This document shows, one piece after another, positions 10,324 through 21,209 of a DNA stretch of 64,000 bases. The stretch lies in NCBI GenBank assembly GCA_965216325.1, contig OZ244160.1, forward strand, positions 928,001 to 992,000. The letters are read 5' to 3'. The notes below the pieces were generated by a model. That model was not told the origin of the DNA and did not search any database. It was given only the letters and a program-made list of their open reading frames with translations. Numbering within the stretch: position 1 is the stretch's first letter; every line of letters starts with the position of its first letter. This DNA is from Coraliomargarita sp. (lineage in GTDB: Bacteria > Verrucomicrobiota > Verrucomicrobiia > Opitutales > Coraliomargaritaceae). A program made the translations under genes and the position numbers.

Positions 10324-12375
10324 TTACCAGTCTTGAACCGGACGTGTGCGCCCGGATGGGGCTTGGTCGGTTTGATCGACAAAGGGGAGAAGTTGTTCGC
10401 TGTTTTGCAGCATGTCCAGTAAGCGCTGTGCATCTTCTTGTGTCATGCCTTCGAGCTGGACCGGTTGGGTGGCGGCTGGTGCTCCGTCTTGTTCGCCTGC
10501 TTCATTTTGTTGTGGCTGCGGAGTCGCTGATTCTTCGTCCTGTTCGGGTTCTTGTTCGTCTGAGTCAGGCTCGGGGAGTGGTTGGGATTCCTCGTTGCTT
10601 TGTTCTTCGCCTTCCTGTCCCGACTCTGATGGTTGAGTGTCTTGCTGCGACTCGTCTTCGCCGTCGGAGCTTTCGCTTTCTTGCTGTTTTTCTTCGCTTT
10701 GATCGCCTTGCTGATCTTGCTGGCTCTCATCCTGTGAGCCGGAGTCGGATTGCTGCTGCTCGGACTCGCTGTCTTGTTCCTCGTCTCCGGATTGTTCTTC
10801 CTGGTTTTCTTCGGGCTCGCCTTCGCCTGAATCGTTTTCCTCGGACTCTTGTTCGTCGCCGTCTTCAGAGTTCTCCTGATCTTGCTGTTGCTCTTGTTGT
10901 TTTAGGAATTCTTCGAGCGCCTGGCGCCGTGCTTCGACGAGTGCGGCGTTCTCGAGTGCTTGCTGGTCGTTGGGGTCGACTTCGTGCGCAGCTTTGAACG
11001 TGGCTTCGGCTTCTTTCCAAGTCGCGATGGCAGTCTCAAAGTCTTGTGACTGAAAGGCGGCCTCTCCGTTTTGAAAGACGCTGTGCGCCATGTTGTAGAG
11101 TGCGTCCCGTTGTAGCTTCAGATCGGCACTTTTCGAGATGGATTCACTGAAACTCTGAAGTGCGGTTTCGAATTTCGCATTCTCGATCTGTTCGTATCCT
11201 TTGTTGTAGAGCACTCGTGGATCGGTGACTGATTCGATTGGTTCAATCGAGGGAACGTCTTTGTCCAATACTTCGGTGTCGAGTGGGAGGCTTTCTTCGA
11301 TTGCGGGTTCAGCTTCTTGAGCTTGGCTTGGCTGTGGTGCGAGCAGGTTCAGTAAGATCAGGCTCATGGCCAATTGGGCGATGGGCCCTTTGCGCCTCCG
11401 TATCAAGATTTCGACTACAAGCAATACACAGGCAGCACACAGGGCCCATTGATATCGCTCGATGCGACGTTCCTGCATTTCGGACTCACGTTCGGAGCGA
11501 GGTAGGGTGGCAATGACGCTGCTGTAAAGTTGATCAAGGGATTCGTCGCTGAGCCGGCTATAACTGCCATTGGTGAGTCGTGCGAGTTCCTGCAAGGTAC
11601 TCTCGTCGAGTTGGCTGCGGACTGGTTGCCCTTGGGCATCGCGCACAAACTCTTCGGTGCCATTGGGCTTTCTCGTTTTGAGATATTCACCTTCAGGTGT
11701 GCCGATGCCGATGGCGAAGATCTTGATGCCTTCGGCTGTAGCGCTCTCTAGTGTCGGAATGGCTGTACCTCCAAGGTCTTCGCCATCGGTTAGCAGGACG
11801 ATGGCCTTGACGTTGTTTTCATTTGGGAAGGCCTTGATCGCTTCACCTAGGGCATTGCCCAGATCACTACCGCCACGCGTCATGCTTGCAGGAGTAATGG
11901 CATCCAGACTTTCTTTGAAGGCCGCGTAGTCGAGTGTCGGTGGGGTTTGCAGGAAAGCCTGACCAGCGTAAGCAACGATGCCGATACGATCACTCTCCAG
12001 ACGTTCAACCAGATCGAGGATTGCTAGTTTAGCGCGTGCGAGTCGTGTTGGGCGCAGGTCTGTGGCCAACATGCTTTTGGAGCTGTCGAGCACAAAGACG
12101 ATATCTAGGCCGCGAGCTTTGCGCTCGCTCCATTCGACTCCGTATTGTGGTCGGGATAAAGCAATCGCGATTGCAGTGAGCCCCAGTGTCAGGAGCACAG
12201 CCTTAATCCAAACGCGTGTCACACTTGCTTTTTCAGTGAGCTTCTTGAGCAGGCGGGGTGCAGCAAATTGACTGAGGAGGTTTTCACGCTGACGGAGTCC
12301 GTAGTAAGTTAGGCCTGCGGTGATCAGTGCAACGACAGGTGCTAAGTAGAGCCATATGGGGTTTTCGAACGTCAT
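10324..12375 (-). CDS. batB: BatB/BatC-like fusion: vWA domain, TPR and long acidic Q/E/S-rich tail
   Basis: [15 protein letters not shown] motif; LLTDGED; TPR ALYNMAH; low-complexity tail ending [11 protein letters not shown]...DW. Confidence 0.8.
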   Translation of the reverse strand: MTFENPIWLYLAPVVALITAGLTYYGLRQRENLLSQFAAPRLLKKLTEKASVTRVWIKAVLLTLGLTAIAIALSRPQYGVEWSERKARGLDIVFVLDSSKSMLATDLRPTRLARAKLAILDLVERLESDRIGIVAYAGQAFLQTPPTLDYAAFKESLDAITPASMTRGGSDLGNALGEAIKAFPNENNVKAIVLLTDGEDLGGTAIPTLESATAEGIKIFAIGIGTPEGEYLKTRKPNGTEEFVRDAQGQPVRSQLDESTLQELARLTNGSYSRLSDESLDQLYSSVIATLPRSERESEMQERRIERYQWALCAACVLLVVEILIRRRKGPIAQLAMSLILLNLLAPQPSQAQEAEPAIEESLPLDTEVLDKDVPSIEPIESVTDPRVLYNKGYEQIENAKFETALQSFSESISKSADLKLQRDALYNMAHSVFQNGEAAFQSQDFETAIATWKEAEATFKAAHEVDPNDQQALENAALVEARRQALEEFLKQQEQQQDQENSEDGDEQESEENDSGEGEPEENQEEQSGDEEQDSESEQQQSDSGSQDESQQDQQGDQSEEKQQESESSDGEDESQQDTQPSESGQEGEEQSNEESQPLPEPDSDEQEPEQDEESATPQPQQNEAGEQDGAPAATQPVQLEGMTQEDAQRLLDMLQNSEQLLPFVDQTDQAPSGRTRPVQDW

Positions 12376-13409
12376 GGCAGGCGGCGATAGCGTGTGTTAC
12401 TGAGCAACTGTTCTAGGGCAATCAATAGCAGTCCAAGGTAGGTTGGCCAAATAAAGTATTCAGTGAAGCTGGCGTAACTGCGCAGTTCAACTGCAGTGGT
12501 TTCGAGCTCGTTGATATGTTCGTAGATTTTTTCCAGATCACCGTCTTGCTCTGCTGTGAAGAATTGTCCCCCGGTCATCTCGGCTATTTGCCTGAGTTCT
12601 TCTTCATTGTAGTTGGACCTCATGGTGTCTCCACGATAGAGCGGATTGCCATCACGATCTCGGCGGACCAGCCCTTCGCGTGTGGTTACTGGAACTGGCA
12701 CGCGTCCTTTGCGACCGGTGGCGATGGTGTATACTTTCACTCCATAAGCTTTGGCGGCTTCGGCAGCTCCAATTGGTGTAATGCTTCCTGCGTTATTTTC
12801 GCCATCTGTGAGTAGGACGACAATACGACTGAGTGCTTCGTGATTTCGTAATCGATTGATGCTGGCTCCGAGTGCAGTGCCGATGGCAGTCCCGCCCATT
12901 TCGATGTCACCGAGTTCCAGACGCTGGACATTCTTTTTGAGCCAATCGTGATTTAACGTCAGAGGGCTAACGACGAAGGCCTCGGATGCAAATGCGACTA
13001 ATCCAATTCGATCGTAAGGACGCTCGTCGATGAAATTCTGCACCACATGTTTGGCTGCATCTAAGCGGGTGACCATGTTTTCACGGGTGGCTAGATCGAG
13101 TGCGACCATTGACCCTGATAAATCAAGGGTGAGCACAATATCGATGCCTTCAGCTTCAGTGCTATCGCTGGTCTTACCCATTTGTGGACGAGCCAGCGCG
13201 ATAATTAGGGCTGCCAGCCCCAGTAGTCGCAGCCCGAGAAGAACTTTGCCCGGAAGACTGCGACGTGAGCGACTGAGGCTCTTGACAAACTGTGTGCTTG
13301 AGAAGCGGACTGCTGCTTCCGGTCCCGTGCGACCTGTCCACCATGCGATTACAGGTAGTAATAGTAGTAGCCAGAAGAAAATTGGATCCTGAAATTGAAA
13401 GAAGGTCAT
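12372..13409 (-). CDS. batA: BatA vWA domain protein
   Basis: LARPQ, DLSGSM, GTAIG and [10 protein letters not shown] motifs. Confidence 0.9.
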   Translation of the reverse strand: MTFFQFQDPIFFWLLLLLPVIAWWTGRTGPEAAVRFSSTQFVKSLSRSRRSLPGKVLLGLRLLGLAALIIALARPQMGKTSDSTEAEGIDIVLTLDLSGSMVALDLATRENMVTRLDAAKHVVQNFIDERPYDRIGLVAFASEAFVVSPLTLNHDWLKKNVQRLELGDIEMGGTAIGTALGASINRLRNHEALSRIVVLLTDGENNAGSITPIGAAEAAKAYGVKVYTIATGRKGRVPVPVTTREGLVRRDRDGNPLYRGDTMRSNYNEEELRQIAEMTGGQFFTAEQDGDLEKIYEHINELETTAVELRSYASFTEYFIWPTYLGLLLIALEQLLSNTRYRRLP

Positions 13410-13960
13410 TTTGTCTGTGCCTCCTTTTCTGCTTGGTGGACGGTTTCGATAAACTGAAGTGCAGTATCTGAAAGCTTGATACGCTGTTTTGGAGAAAGAC
13501 TGGCCTGGGCGAATTTAATGGTGTCGCACTGTTGAAAGAATGCCGTCAGTTCTCTTTCAGAGATTGGAAAGTTTGGTGGCAAGTGCGCTAGGGTTTCTTG
13601 GCTGGTTTGTGCGAGAATTGAGCGCTTTAGTTTACTATCGAAATAGTGGCGCACAGCTTGGCTGAGTGTTTGTATATATTCACGGTCATCGCCTCCGGCC
13701 TGTTCAATCGTAAGGCGTGCGATCTGCTCGGGCGAGTGACTGGCGGGGCATTTTGCACGTGAGCGGAGATAACGAACGAGCCAGCTGGCCAGGATTCCAA
13801 AGAGGATTGCTGCGAGCAGCCCCATGCAGATGAGTTGCCAGGTTTCAAACAGTGGAATTTCGACCGGGCCTCGCACAGAATCCAGCGAAGGGCCTGCCGG
13901 CAGTTCGGGGAGTTGGCCGGCTTGAGCAGGATCTGATGCACTGGGATTGAGTAGGGGCAT
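13406..13960 (-). CDS. DUF4381-like single-TM protein of the moxR-bat operon
   Basis: One TM segment; R.YF....QTSQE and CDTIKFA motifs; operon position. Confidence 0.7.
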   Translation of the reverse strand: MPLLNPSASDPAQAGQLPELPAGPSLDSVRGPVEIPLFETWQLICMGLLAAILFGILASWLVRYLRSRAKCPASHSPEQIARLTIEQAGGDDREYIQTLSQAVRHYFDSKLKRSILAQTSQETLAHLPPNFPISERELTAFFQQCDTIKFAQASLSPKQRIKLSDTALQFIETVHQAEKEAQTK

Positions 13961-13972
13961 TGTGTGATACTT

Positions 13973-14082
13973 GAACGTCGAACATTGAACATCGAACGTT
14001 CAATTTTGAACGTGTTGTGATCGTAATTTTATTTCGTGTTGGAATTCGGCATTCGGTGTTGGGCGTTCAGTGTTCGACATTC
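13973..14082. repeat. Inverted arrays of GAAC(A/G)TC heptamers
   Basis: GAACGTC GAACATT GAACATC... followed by inverted ...GGCGTTC AGTGTTC GACATTC. Confidence 0.75.
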
Positions 14083-14099
14083 GCGCGACGTGCTTCGCG

Positions 14100-14981
14100 T
14101 TAGTGGCGCGAAGCACGTCGTGCGAAGAGTTGTCGAAGTGCGGGCATATACGGGGCGTCGGTGCTGGCGGCTACCCAGTCCAAACCTTTCTGACGCATGC
14201 CCTGATGGAAGTTTTCGCGACGTTTACGAGCATCAGATCTGTAGCGTTGGCGAACGGATGCGCTGCCGCTGTCGATTTCGATCATTTCACCTGTTTCAGC
14301 ATCTTCGAGTGTAATGAGGCCAACGTTTGGAAGTTCGTTTTCTCGTGGGTCGCTTAAGGCGATACTGATTAAGTCATGGCGTTGGTTGACCAGTGCGAGT
14401 GAGTTGAATAAATCATTGCCCACATCAATGAAGTCAGAGATCAGAAAGATGACGGCTTTTCGGCGTTGGACGCGATTTAGGTAATCGAGTGCAGCCTTAT
14501 GCTGAGTGCCGCGTCCCTTCGGGCTGAAGAAAAGAATGTCTCGGATCACTCGGAGAATGTGGCGGCGGCCTTTCTTGGGGGGGATGTAGTGTTCGACTTC
14601 ATCGGTATACAGGAGTAGGCCGACCTTGTCGTTGTTCTGCGTGGCTGAAAAGGCTAACACGCTGGCGATCTCGGCGGCGCGCTCGCGTTTACTCTGGTCG
14701 ACCGAACCAAAGATGCCTGATGCACTGAGGTCGATGAGAAGCATTAGAGTTAGTTCGCGCTCTTCTCGGAAGACTTTGACGAACGGACGATCCATCTTGG
14801 CGCTGACGTTCCAGTCGATCGTGCGCACATCATCACCGATCGCGTATTCACGCACCTCTTCGAAGTCCATGCCACGGCCCTTGAAGGAACTGTGGTAGGC
14901 GCCGGTCACTGAGTCCGTCACCAAATGGCGGGTGCGGATCTCAAGACGGCGAACTTTCTTGATGATGTCGGAAGTATTCAC
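14100..14981 (-). CDS. DUF58 family protein
   Basis: GRGMDFEEVREY..GDDVRTIDWNVSA and EERE motifs; GTG start at 14981 preferred over 15017. Confidence 0.9.
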   Translation of the reverse strand: MNTSDIIKKVRRLEIRTRHLVTDSVTGAYHSSFKGRGMDFEEVREYAIGDDVRTIDWNVSAKMDRPFVKVFREERELTLMLLIDLSASGIFGSVDQSKRERAAEIASVLAFSATQNNDKVGLLLYTDEVEHYIPPKKGRRHILRVIRDILFFSPKGRGTQHKAALDYLNRVQRRKAVIFLISDFIDVGNDLFNSLALVNQRHDLISIALSDPRENELPNVGLITLEDAETGEMIEIDSGSASVRQRYRSDARKRRENFHQGMRQKGLDWVAASTDAPYMPALRQLFARRASRH

Positions 14982-14993
14982 GTGTGGATACGT

Positions 14994-15053
14994 CTTAATC
15001 GTAATCAGATCACTCACGAGAGAGTATGATTAAGATTAGGAGTAAGATTAAGA
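14994..15053. repeat. Inverted hexamer short tandem repeats
   Basis: CTTAATCGTAATC...GATTAAGATTAGGAGTAAGATTAAGAG between moxR and DUF58. Confidence 0.5.
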
Positions 15054-15060
15054 GTTATTC

Positions 15061-16056
15061 CTAGGGGACTGGAACGGCTTCGAAGATGGATGTGACGAGG
15101 TCTTCGCTACTGATTTCTTCGGCCTCGGCCTCGTAACTTGGAATGACACGATGACGTAGCACATCCATTCCGATTTCTTTGATGTCTTGCGGGATGACAT
15201 AGTTGCGGCCCTGCATGAGCGCCCATGCCTTGGCAGCAAGTGTCAAACTAATCGTCGCTCTCGGGCTGGCACCGAATTGAATGTATTGGCCGAGCTTGAG
15301 TTGGAATTGCTCAGGTTCGCGAGTCGCTTGGATGATGTTTACCACATAGTCGCGGATCTTCTCATCAACATAGACGTCATTGACATGCTTACGTGCTTCT
15401 TTGACTGCCTCGAGAGTGGTGACAGCATTGACTTCCAGATTCGGCGCAGTGGACGCCATGCGGTCGAGGATTTCGCGCTCGTCGGCTTTGCTAGGATAGC
15501 CGACTTTAAGTTTCAGCATGAAACGGTCGACCTGTGCTTCCGGCAGTGGGTAGGTGCCTTCTTGGTCGATGGGATTCTCTGTCGCGAGCACGAGGAATGG
15601 CTCGGGGAGGTTGTATGTTTCGTCGCCGAGCGTCACTTGGCGCTCCTGCATGGCTTCGAGTAGGGCGCTTTGCACTTTCGCTGGTGCACGGTTGATTTCG
15701 TCAGCCAGCACTAGATTCGAGAAAATGGGCCCTTTGCGAGTATGGAAGGTGCTGTCCTTGGGACTGTAGATCAGCGTGCCAATAATGTCGGCAGGCAAGA
15801 GGTCCGGGGTAAACTGAATACGTTTGAAATCGGCGTCAGTCGCACTGGCTAGAGTGCGGATACTGAGTGTTTTAGCGAGTCCGGGAACACCTTCGAGCAA
15901 AACGTGGCCGTTCGCGAGCAAGCCGACAAGCAAGCGGTCGACCAAGTAGTGTTGGCCGACAATGACACGGCCGATCTCTTCTCTTAGCTGCGGGATCCAT
16001 GCGGTTGCAGCCTTGAGGGCTTCGTCAGTTTCTGGAGAGGTTAAATCAATATTCAT
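15061..16056 (-). CDS. moxR: MoxR family AAA+ ATPase
   Basis: GVPGLAKT, RIQFTPDLLPAD, LADEINRAPAKVQSALLEAM and LPEAQVDRF motifs. Confidence 0.95.
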   Translation of the reverse strand: MNIDLTSPETDEALKAATAWIPQLREEIGRVIVGQHYLVDRLLVGLLANGHVLLEGVPGLAKTLSIRTLASATDADFKRIQFTPDLLPADIIGTLIYSPKDSTFHTRKGPIFSNLVLADEINRAPAKVQSALLEAMQERQVTLGDETYNLPEPFLVLATENPIDQEGTYPLPEAQVDRFMLKLKVGYPSKADEREILDRMASTAPNLEVNAVTTLEAVKEARKHVNDVYVDEKIRDYVVNIIQATREPEQFQLKLGQYIQFGASPRATISLTLAAKAWALMQGRNYVIPQDIKEIGMDVLRHRVIPSYEAEAEEISSEDLVTSIFEAVPVP

Positions 16057-16178
16057 AAACTTGGTAGAGATATGGCAAAAACAGCCTTTGATTCGAGGTC
16101 AACGACAAGATGTCGCGCAATTGGTTTCGCGAAAAGCGAAGGTTGCGTTTTTTTTATAGATGCGCCTAATTGTCTCAC

Positions 16179-17555
16179 ATGCCGGCAACCATATTGATCG
16201 TTGATGATGAGAAGAATACTCGCGAGGGCTTGGAGCTCGCGTTGGAAGAGGAGTATGAGATTTTTTTGGCCTCCAGCGCGGATGAAGCCTTCAATTTGAT
16301 GGAGATGGAGAGCTTTGACGTGGTGCTCACGGACCTGCGTATGGCGGGCAAGTCAGGGCTGAGTGTCATTGATCGTGTGATCTCGCTGCCGAATCGCCCG
16401 ATATGCATCATGATGACGGCCTATGGCAATGTAGAGACTGCAGTTGAGGCGATGCGTCGAGGGGCTTTTGATTTTTTGACCAAACCGGTGAATCTCGAGA
16501 AGCTGGAGATCTTGATCAAGCGGGCGCTCAAGTCGCGCACGATTGAGAAGGAAAACGTCGTGCTACACGAGCGGCTGGACAAAAAGTATAGTTTCGACGG
16601 AATTGTGGGGAATTCGCCGGGTCTGGTTGATGTGCTGGACAAGGTGAAGCTAGTGGCGCCTTCGCGGGCTACGGTCCTGTTGGAAGGTGAAACTGGAACG
16701 GGAAAGGAGCTCATCGCACAGGCGATTCACCAAAACAGTGAGCGTGCGCGGAAGGCCTTTGTTCCGGTGCACTGCGCCGCATTAGCGTCTAATTTATTGG
16801 AGAGTGAGCTTTTTGGGCATGAAAAGGGGGCCTTTACGGGGGCGACTGAACGTCGTGTGGGTCGTTTCGAGGCTGCCGACGGTGGAACATTGTTTCTCGA
16901 TGAAATTGGCGAGATTGATGCCTCCACGCAGGTGAAGTTGTTGCGTTTTTTGGAATCCAGAACCTTCGAGCGCTTGGGGAGTTCCAAGTCGATTACAGTT
17001 GATGTGCGCTTAGTGTGCGCAACGAACCGCAACCTCGCGGAGATGGTGAAGCGCGGTGAATTTCGGGAAGACTTATTGTATCGCTTGAATGTGGTTACGA
17101 TATATCTGCCAGCGCTTCGGGAGCGGCAAGACGATCTGTTGATGTTGCTGGATCATTATATTCAACGCTTTGCGCACGAGAACCGTGTCGAACCTGTGCG
17201 ATTGACGGAGGGAGCTCTCAAGGTGCTACGTGCCTATGCGTGGCCTGGAAATATTCGTGAATTGCGAAATTTTTGTGAGAATATTGTTATTCTGAAGCGG
17301 GGCAGTGAGGTGACTGAATATGATCTGGACCCGAAGTATCAGAATCATGTGGCGGAAAGTCCGGCGTTGAGTGTTCCCGTGCCTTTAAATGCTGGTGCCA
17401 GCTTGAGTAAAGAGGAGAATGAGAAGCGACTACTGCGTAATGCCTTGATCAAGTCGAACGGCAATCGGACTAAAGCTGCCGAGCTCATGGGGATTAGCCG
17501 TCGCACGCTACATCGTAAACTTCTGCAATGGCCTGAGCTCGATGTTGAAAAGTAA
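16179..17555 (+). CDS. Sigma-54-dependent response regulator (NtrC/AtoC family)
   Basis: REC domain (DD...D...T...K), GETGTGKE, GAFTGA, WPGNIREL and a Fis-type HTH. Confidence 0.95.
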   Translation: MPATILIVDDEKNTREGLELALEEEYEIFLASSADEAFNLMEMESFDVVLTDLRMAGKSGLSVIDRVISLPNRPICIMMTAYGNVETAVEAMRRGAFDFLTKPVNLEKLEILIKRALKSRTIEKENVVLHERLDKKYSFDGIVGNSPGLVDVLDKVKLVAPSRATVLLEGETGTGKELIAQAIHQNSERARKAFVPVHCAALASNLLESELFGHEKGAFTGATERRVGRFEAADGGTLFLDEIGEIDASTQVKLLRFLESRTFERLGSSKSITVDVRLVCATNRNLAEMVKRGEFREDLLYRLNVVTIYLPALRERQDDLLMLLDHYIQRFAHENRVEPVRLTEGALKVLRAYAWPGNIRELRNFCENIVILKRGSEVTEYDLDPKYQNHVAESPALSVPVPLNAGASLSKEENEKRLLRNALIKSNGNRTKAAELMGISRRTLHRKLLQWPELDVEK

Positions 17556-17652
17556 GCCTGTGGACATGCTGCTTAACAAGCAGCTTAGAGTTTGACTCAG
17601 CATACAGATACTCAGAAAGTTACTACAAACAACAATACAGTTAGATTCCTTT

Positions 17653-18516
17653 ATGCGCCTCCGATTTTCGCCCGTTTTTGCCTCGCTAGTTGCATTGTCT
17701 CTTCAAGCTGAGGAAATCCGCATCGCTGCTTCTGATTTACTCGCCGACTATGTCGCACCAGTGATTGAGGCATATAGTGAAGAGTATGAAGTCGATGCCT
17801 CTGTTGAGAGTATTGGCACTTTGCCGTCACTAGAGCGTCTACGTAGCAATGAGGTCGAATTGGCGATTATTGCGGTTCCCGTTGGCCAGGATGCACCTCG
17901 TGATGAGTTTCGAGTTTATCCCTTTGCTTATGATGCTGCCATTATCGTAGTGAACGAGAATAATCCGATTACCGAAATCAGTCTACCCTATCTAGGTGGC
18001 GTTTATGGGAGTAGCGAAGAGTTTAACTTCAACAACTGGGGGGATTTGGGAATCTCTGGTTGGGGCGGGCGCAATATTAAACCGATGGCAGCACCACTGG
18101 AGGATAGTATTTCTATCGAACTGTTCCGCTCATCGGTGTTGAGCCAAGGGGGCTTGAAGCCATCTCTGGTCACGATTAAAGACGATGAAGTTGAAGGCTT
18201 GATTGACAATGATTCGTCTGCGATTGCGATTCTCTCTCGTCTTCCTGAGAATGAGGATCTTCGCACTCTACTGATTTCGGAGGGGCAAAATACACCTGCG
18301 TATAGTCCGACTCCGGACAATATCCATTTCGGTGACTATCCGATTCGCTTGCCGTTCTATGTGGTCTATCATGCCCGTGACGAAGCTGAGGTTGGGCCTA
18401 TTCTGCGTGTGCTGCTCGATGATGGAGTTGCGGAGAGTTTGAATGAAAATCATTTCTTTGCCCTGCCGCAGACGGTGCGCCGCAAGTTGATTCTGGATTT
18501 GGATCTTGAGAAATAA
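17653..18516 (+). CDS. Periplasmic substrate-binding protein, PstS-like fold
   Basis: Signal peptide; AYDAAIIVVNENNPI...WGDLG and GDYPIR patterns. Confidence 0.7.
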   Translation: MRLRFSPVFASLVALSLQAEEIRIAASDLLADYVAPVIEAYSEEYEVDASVESIGTLPSLERLRSNEVELAIIAVPVGQDAPRDEFRVYPFAYDAAIIVVNENNPITEISLPYLGGVYGSSEEFNFNNWGDLGISGWGGRNIKPMAAPLEDSISIELFRSSVLSQGGLKPSLVTIKDDEVEGLIDNDSSAIAILSRLPENEDLRTLLISEGQNTPAYSPTPDNIHFGDYPIRLPFYVVYHARDEAEVGPILRVLLDDGVAESLNENHFFALPQTVRRKLILDLDLEK

Positions 18517-18590
18517 TGCGGGTAGATTTTTAATAAAAACACGTTGACATAGCTGATCGGATTTAGATTCTCTCCGCTTCTTTCAACAAC

Positions 18591-18666
<76 letters not shown>

Positions 18667-18697
18667 TTTTACGTTCTTTATAAAGTTTACGCTTTAA

Positions 18698-18773
<76 letters not shown>

Positions 18774-18803
18774 TTTTATTTAGCAGTACATCGACTGCTT
18801 TAA

Positions 18804-18879
<76 letters not shown>

Positions 18880-18887
18880 TTTTTTTG

Positions 18888-18918
18888 ATCCTCAGGTGTT
18901 TTGCCTGAGGATTTTTTT
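18888..18918 (+). terminator. Terminator of the tRNA operon
   Basis: ATCCTCAGG-tgttttg-CCTGAGGAT followed by a T run. Confidence 0.85.
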
Positions 18919-19330
18919 GGACCCAAATTGAATTGGTGTAAGCCCATCACTTTGAGGGGCTTTCTTTTTTCTAGCCGTTACGTGTTTTGCATGGGGGGCG
19001 TATTTGGGCAGATGCAGGTCTAAATTTTATGAAAATGCCAGATTCTGAGGTATTCAAAGTGCTGAACACTTCTAGAGGCTAGATCTGAGTATCGAGTTTA
19101 GATCGCAATGCTGACTACTGATTGCATTTGGGCAATTTCAGGAGTTTTCTGAGCCTCAGTTTACGGGGCGGTAGTGTCCAGAAAGTTTCGCACTTTCGAT
19201 TGAGGTAGCTAAGGAAGGTTTCGTTATTGTTGTAGGTTTGTGGTTTTCGGTGGTTTTGCTCTGGCGCAGGGAGGGCGGAGCCCGACCGGAGCCAGTGCAA
19301 AGGTTAAGCGGTTTGTTCGTCGGGCTCCAT

Positions 19331-19400
19331 GCTTTGCTGATAAAGCTCCTTGAGGCGTTATCTGGACATGAACCGCCTCAAGGAGCTTGATCAGCAAAGC
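19331..19400. repeat. 70-bp inverted repeat downstream of the FNT gene
   Basis: GCTTTGCTGATaAAGCTCCTTGAGGCG...CGCCTCAAGGAGCTTgATCAGCAAAGC. Confidence 0.75.
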
Positions 19401-19418
19401 AAGGAAGGCACACTGTTT

Positions 19419-20273
19419 TTATTCCTTGCCGGCATTGAGCTTACGGTTGTCGTTCAGAAATGCGTAGAATAGCCCAATAATAAGGCCACCGCCGACGTAA
19501 TTGCCGATGAAGGAGAATGCGAAGTTTTTTCCGGTATGGAGTAAGTTGACAGCATCGGTATCCAGCATGTAGCCCAGCACGAACAGTGCTGAATTCGCAA
19601 CGACGTGCTCAAAGCCCATGTAGGCGAAGACAGTGACACCGGCGAGGAGTGCAAAGATTTTGGCTAAGTAGTCGTCGCCGAGCTGCATCGCAATGATGAT
19701 GGAGATGTTAATGAAAAAGTTGGCGAAGATAGCTTTGACAAAAATAGTCCATGCACTGCTTCCTACGGTTTTTACCTCGACGGTATGTAGCAAATGCTGA
19801 CTCATTTCGGGGGAGACGATATCACTCGAGGCGACCAGTGCTGCAATTAAAGTGATGCCGAGTAGATTGCCAAATAAACAGAGTCCCAAAACCCGCATCG
19901 CCATTGAGGTGCGTATTCGCCGGTAGTAGGCGCCCACTGTGAAATACATGAAGTTGCTGGTTAGTAGCTCGGAGTTCGTGAAGTATATGAACACTAGAGC
20001 GATGCTAAAGGTTAAGGCGGTGATATATTTGGAGAGGCCAAAATTCATGGCATCCCCTAGGTCGGTCTTTACCTGGTAAGTGAAGACATACATGAGCATG
20101 ACAATCAGGCCTGCCATGGCTGCCCTTAAGACGTATCTCCATACATAGCGACGTTGCAGTTCCTCTTTGCGTGATATGGTTTCAAGAATGCGCTCCATGA
20201 CTTCGCGGCCATAGAAAATTCGTGTCCAAACAAGGTCGTCGTCTTTCGCTTTGTTACTGTCCTGATTTTGCAT
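19419..20273 (-). CDS. Formate/nitrite transporter (FNT) family
   Basis: SELLTSN, GNLLG, GFEHVVAN and GNYVGG signatures. Confidence 0.92.
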   Translation of the reverse strand: MQNQDSNKAKDDDLVWTRIFYGREVMERILETISRKEELQRRYVWRYVLRAAMAGLIVMLMYVFTYQVKTDLGDAMNFGLSKYITALTFSIALVFIYFTNSELLTSNFMYFTVGAYYRRIRTSMAMRVLGLCLFGNLLGITLIAALVASSDIVSPEMSQHLLHTVEVKTVGSSAWTIFVKAIFANFFINISIIIAMQLGDDYLAKIFALLAGVTVFAYMGFEHVVANSALFVLGYMLDTDAVNLLHTGKNFAFSFIGNYVGGGLIIGLFYAFLNDNRKLNAGKE

Positions 20274-20506
20274 AGTGGTGCCTATAACTTCGGGTTTCCG
20301 GAGTGTCCATGATGCCTTTGTGGGCGAGGGATATCCAGAGTCAAGAGAGGATCAATTGACTGGCTGCCGAGGCGTATAAGTGAAACTATGGGATGACGAC
20401 CGCTACGTCGTAGTTGAGGAAGCTGTTTTCAGGACGGGCTAGCTTCTTTTCAGTATTTTTGGTTGTGCTCGGTCTCTTTACGAGTAACGAACTTCGACTC
20501 GGCTTC

Positions 20507-21028
20507 CTATTGCTTGGGCCTGAAGATGGTGACCTTGCTGGAGTCGACTTCTATAAAAGGACCCTCGATCAGATCAATGCAGTAGGGGATTGCAGGGAAT
20601 ACGGCTTCCAGGCACTCGCCAATGGCTTTTGGTTTGCCGGGTAAGTTGACGATGAGGCTCTTGCCGCGAATGCCCGCAGTTTGCCGTGAAAGGATTGCAG
20701 TCGGCACATACTTCAGCGAAGTGGCGCGCATCAATTCGCCAAATCCAGGGAGCATTTTTTGACAGACGGATTCAGTCGCTTCGGGCGTGACATCCCGCAT
20801 CGCGGGCCCGGTCCCGCCAGTGGTAAGGATGAGTGAGCAGCCCTCTTCGTCAGCGAACTGCTTTAGCTGTGCTTCGATCTGTGTCTGTTCGTCGGGAATG
20901 ACAGCATAGGCGGTTTCGAAGGGCGTGGTGATCCAGCTGGTGAGCAGGGCCACTGCGGCCTTGCCGGGGATGTCTTCGTAGATGCCAGCGCTGGCACGGT
21001 CTGAGATGTTGATAACTCCTAGTTTCAT
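20507..21028 (-). CDS. mog: Molybdopterin adenylyltransferase
   Basis: SDRASAGIYED, TTGGTGPA.RDVTPEAT, PGFGELMR and NLPGKPKAI motifs. Confidence 0.95.
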   Translation of the reverse strand: MKLGVINISDRASAGIYEDIPGKAAVALLTSWITTPFETAYAVIPDEQTQIEAQLKQFADEEGCSLILTTGGTGPAMRDVTPEATESVCQKMLPGFGELMRATSLKYVPTAILSRQTAGIRGKSLIVNLPGKPKAIGECLEAVFPAIPYCIDLIEGPFIEVDSSKVTIFRPKQ

Positions 21029-21056
21029 TACCTATAATTGTTGTTCGAGTGGGCCC

Positions 21057-21209
21057 CTAGCGTTTCGACTTCTTTTTTCGCTTAGGGGATTGTGTGCGTT
21101 GTCCTTTTTTAGGCGCACTTGGTGCCTGATCCTGACTACTGACCTTCCAACGTTTGGCCTCTGTCTGAAATTGATTCAATTTCAGGTGATTACATTTGTC
21201 CCAATCCAT
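21057..21209 (-). CDS. Putative 50-aa basic small protein
   Basis: MDWDKCNHLKLNQFQTEAKRWKVSSQDQAPSAPKKGQRTQSPKRKKKSKR*; AGAGGA RBS; fills the globin-mog gap. Confidence 0.4.
   Translation of the reverse strand: MDWDKCNHLKLNQFQTEAKRWKVSSQDQAPSAPKKGQRTQSPKRKKKSKR

Noticed and set aside
10430..10900. Acidic Q/E/S/D low-complexity tract as a novel repeat
   Set aside because: Ordinary feature of BatC-type tails.
16179..17555. Local sigma-54 promoter or cognate kinase for the response regulator
   Set aside because: No convincing TGGCAC-N5-TTGC site or histidine kinase seen in the window.
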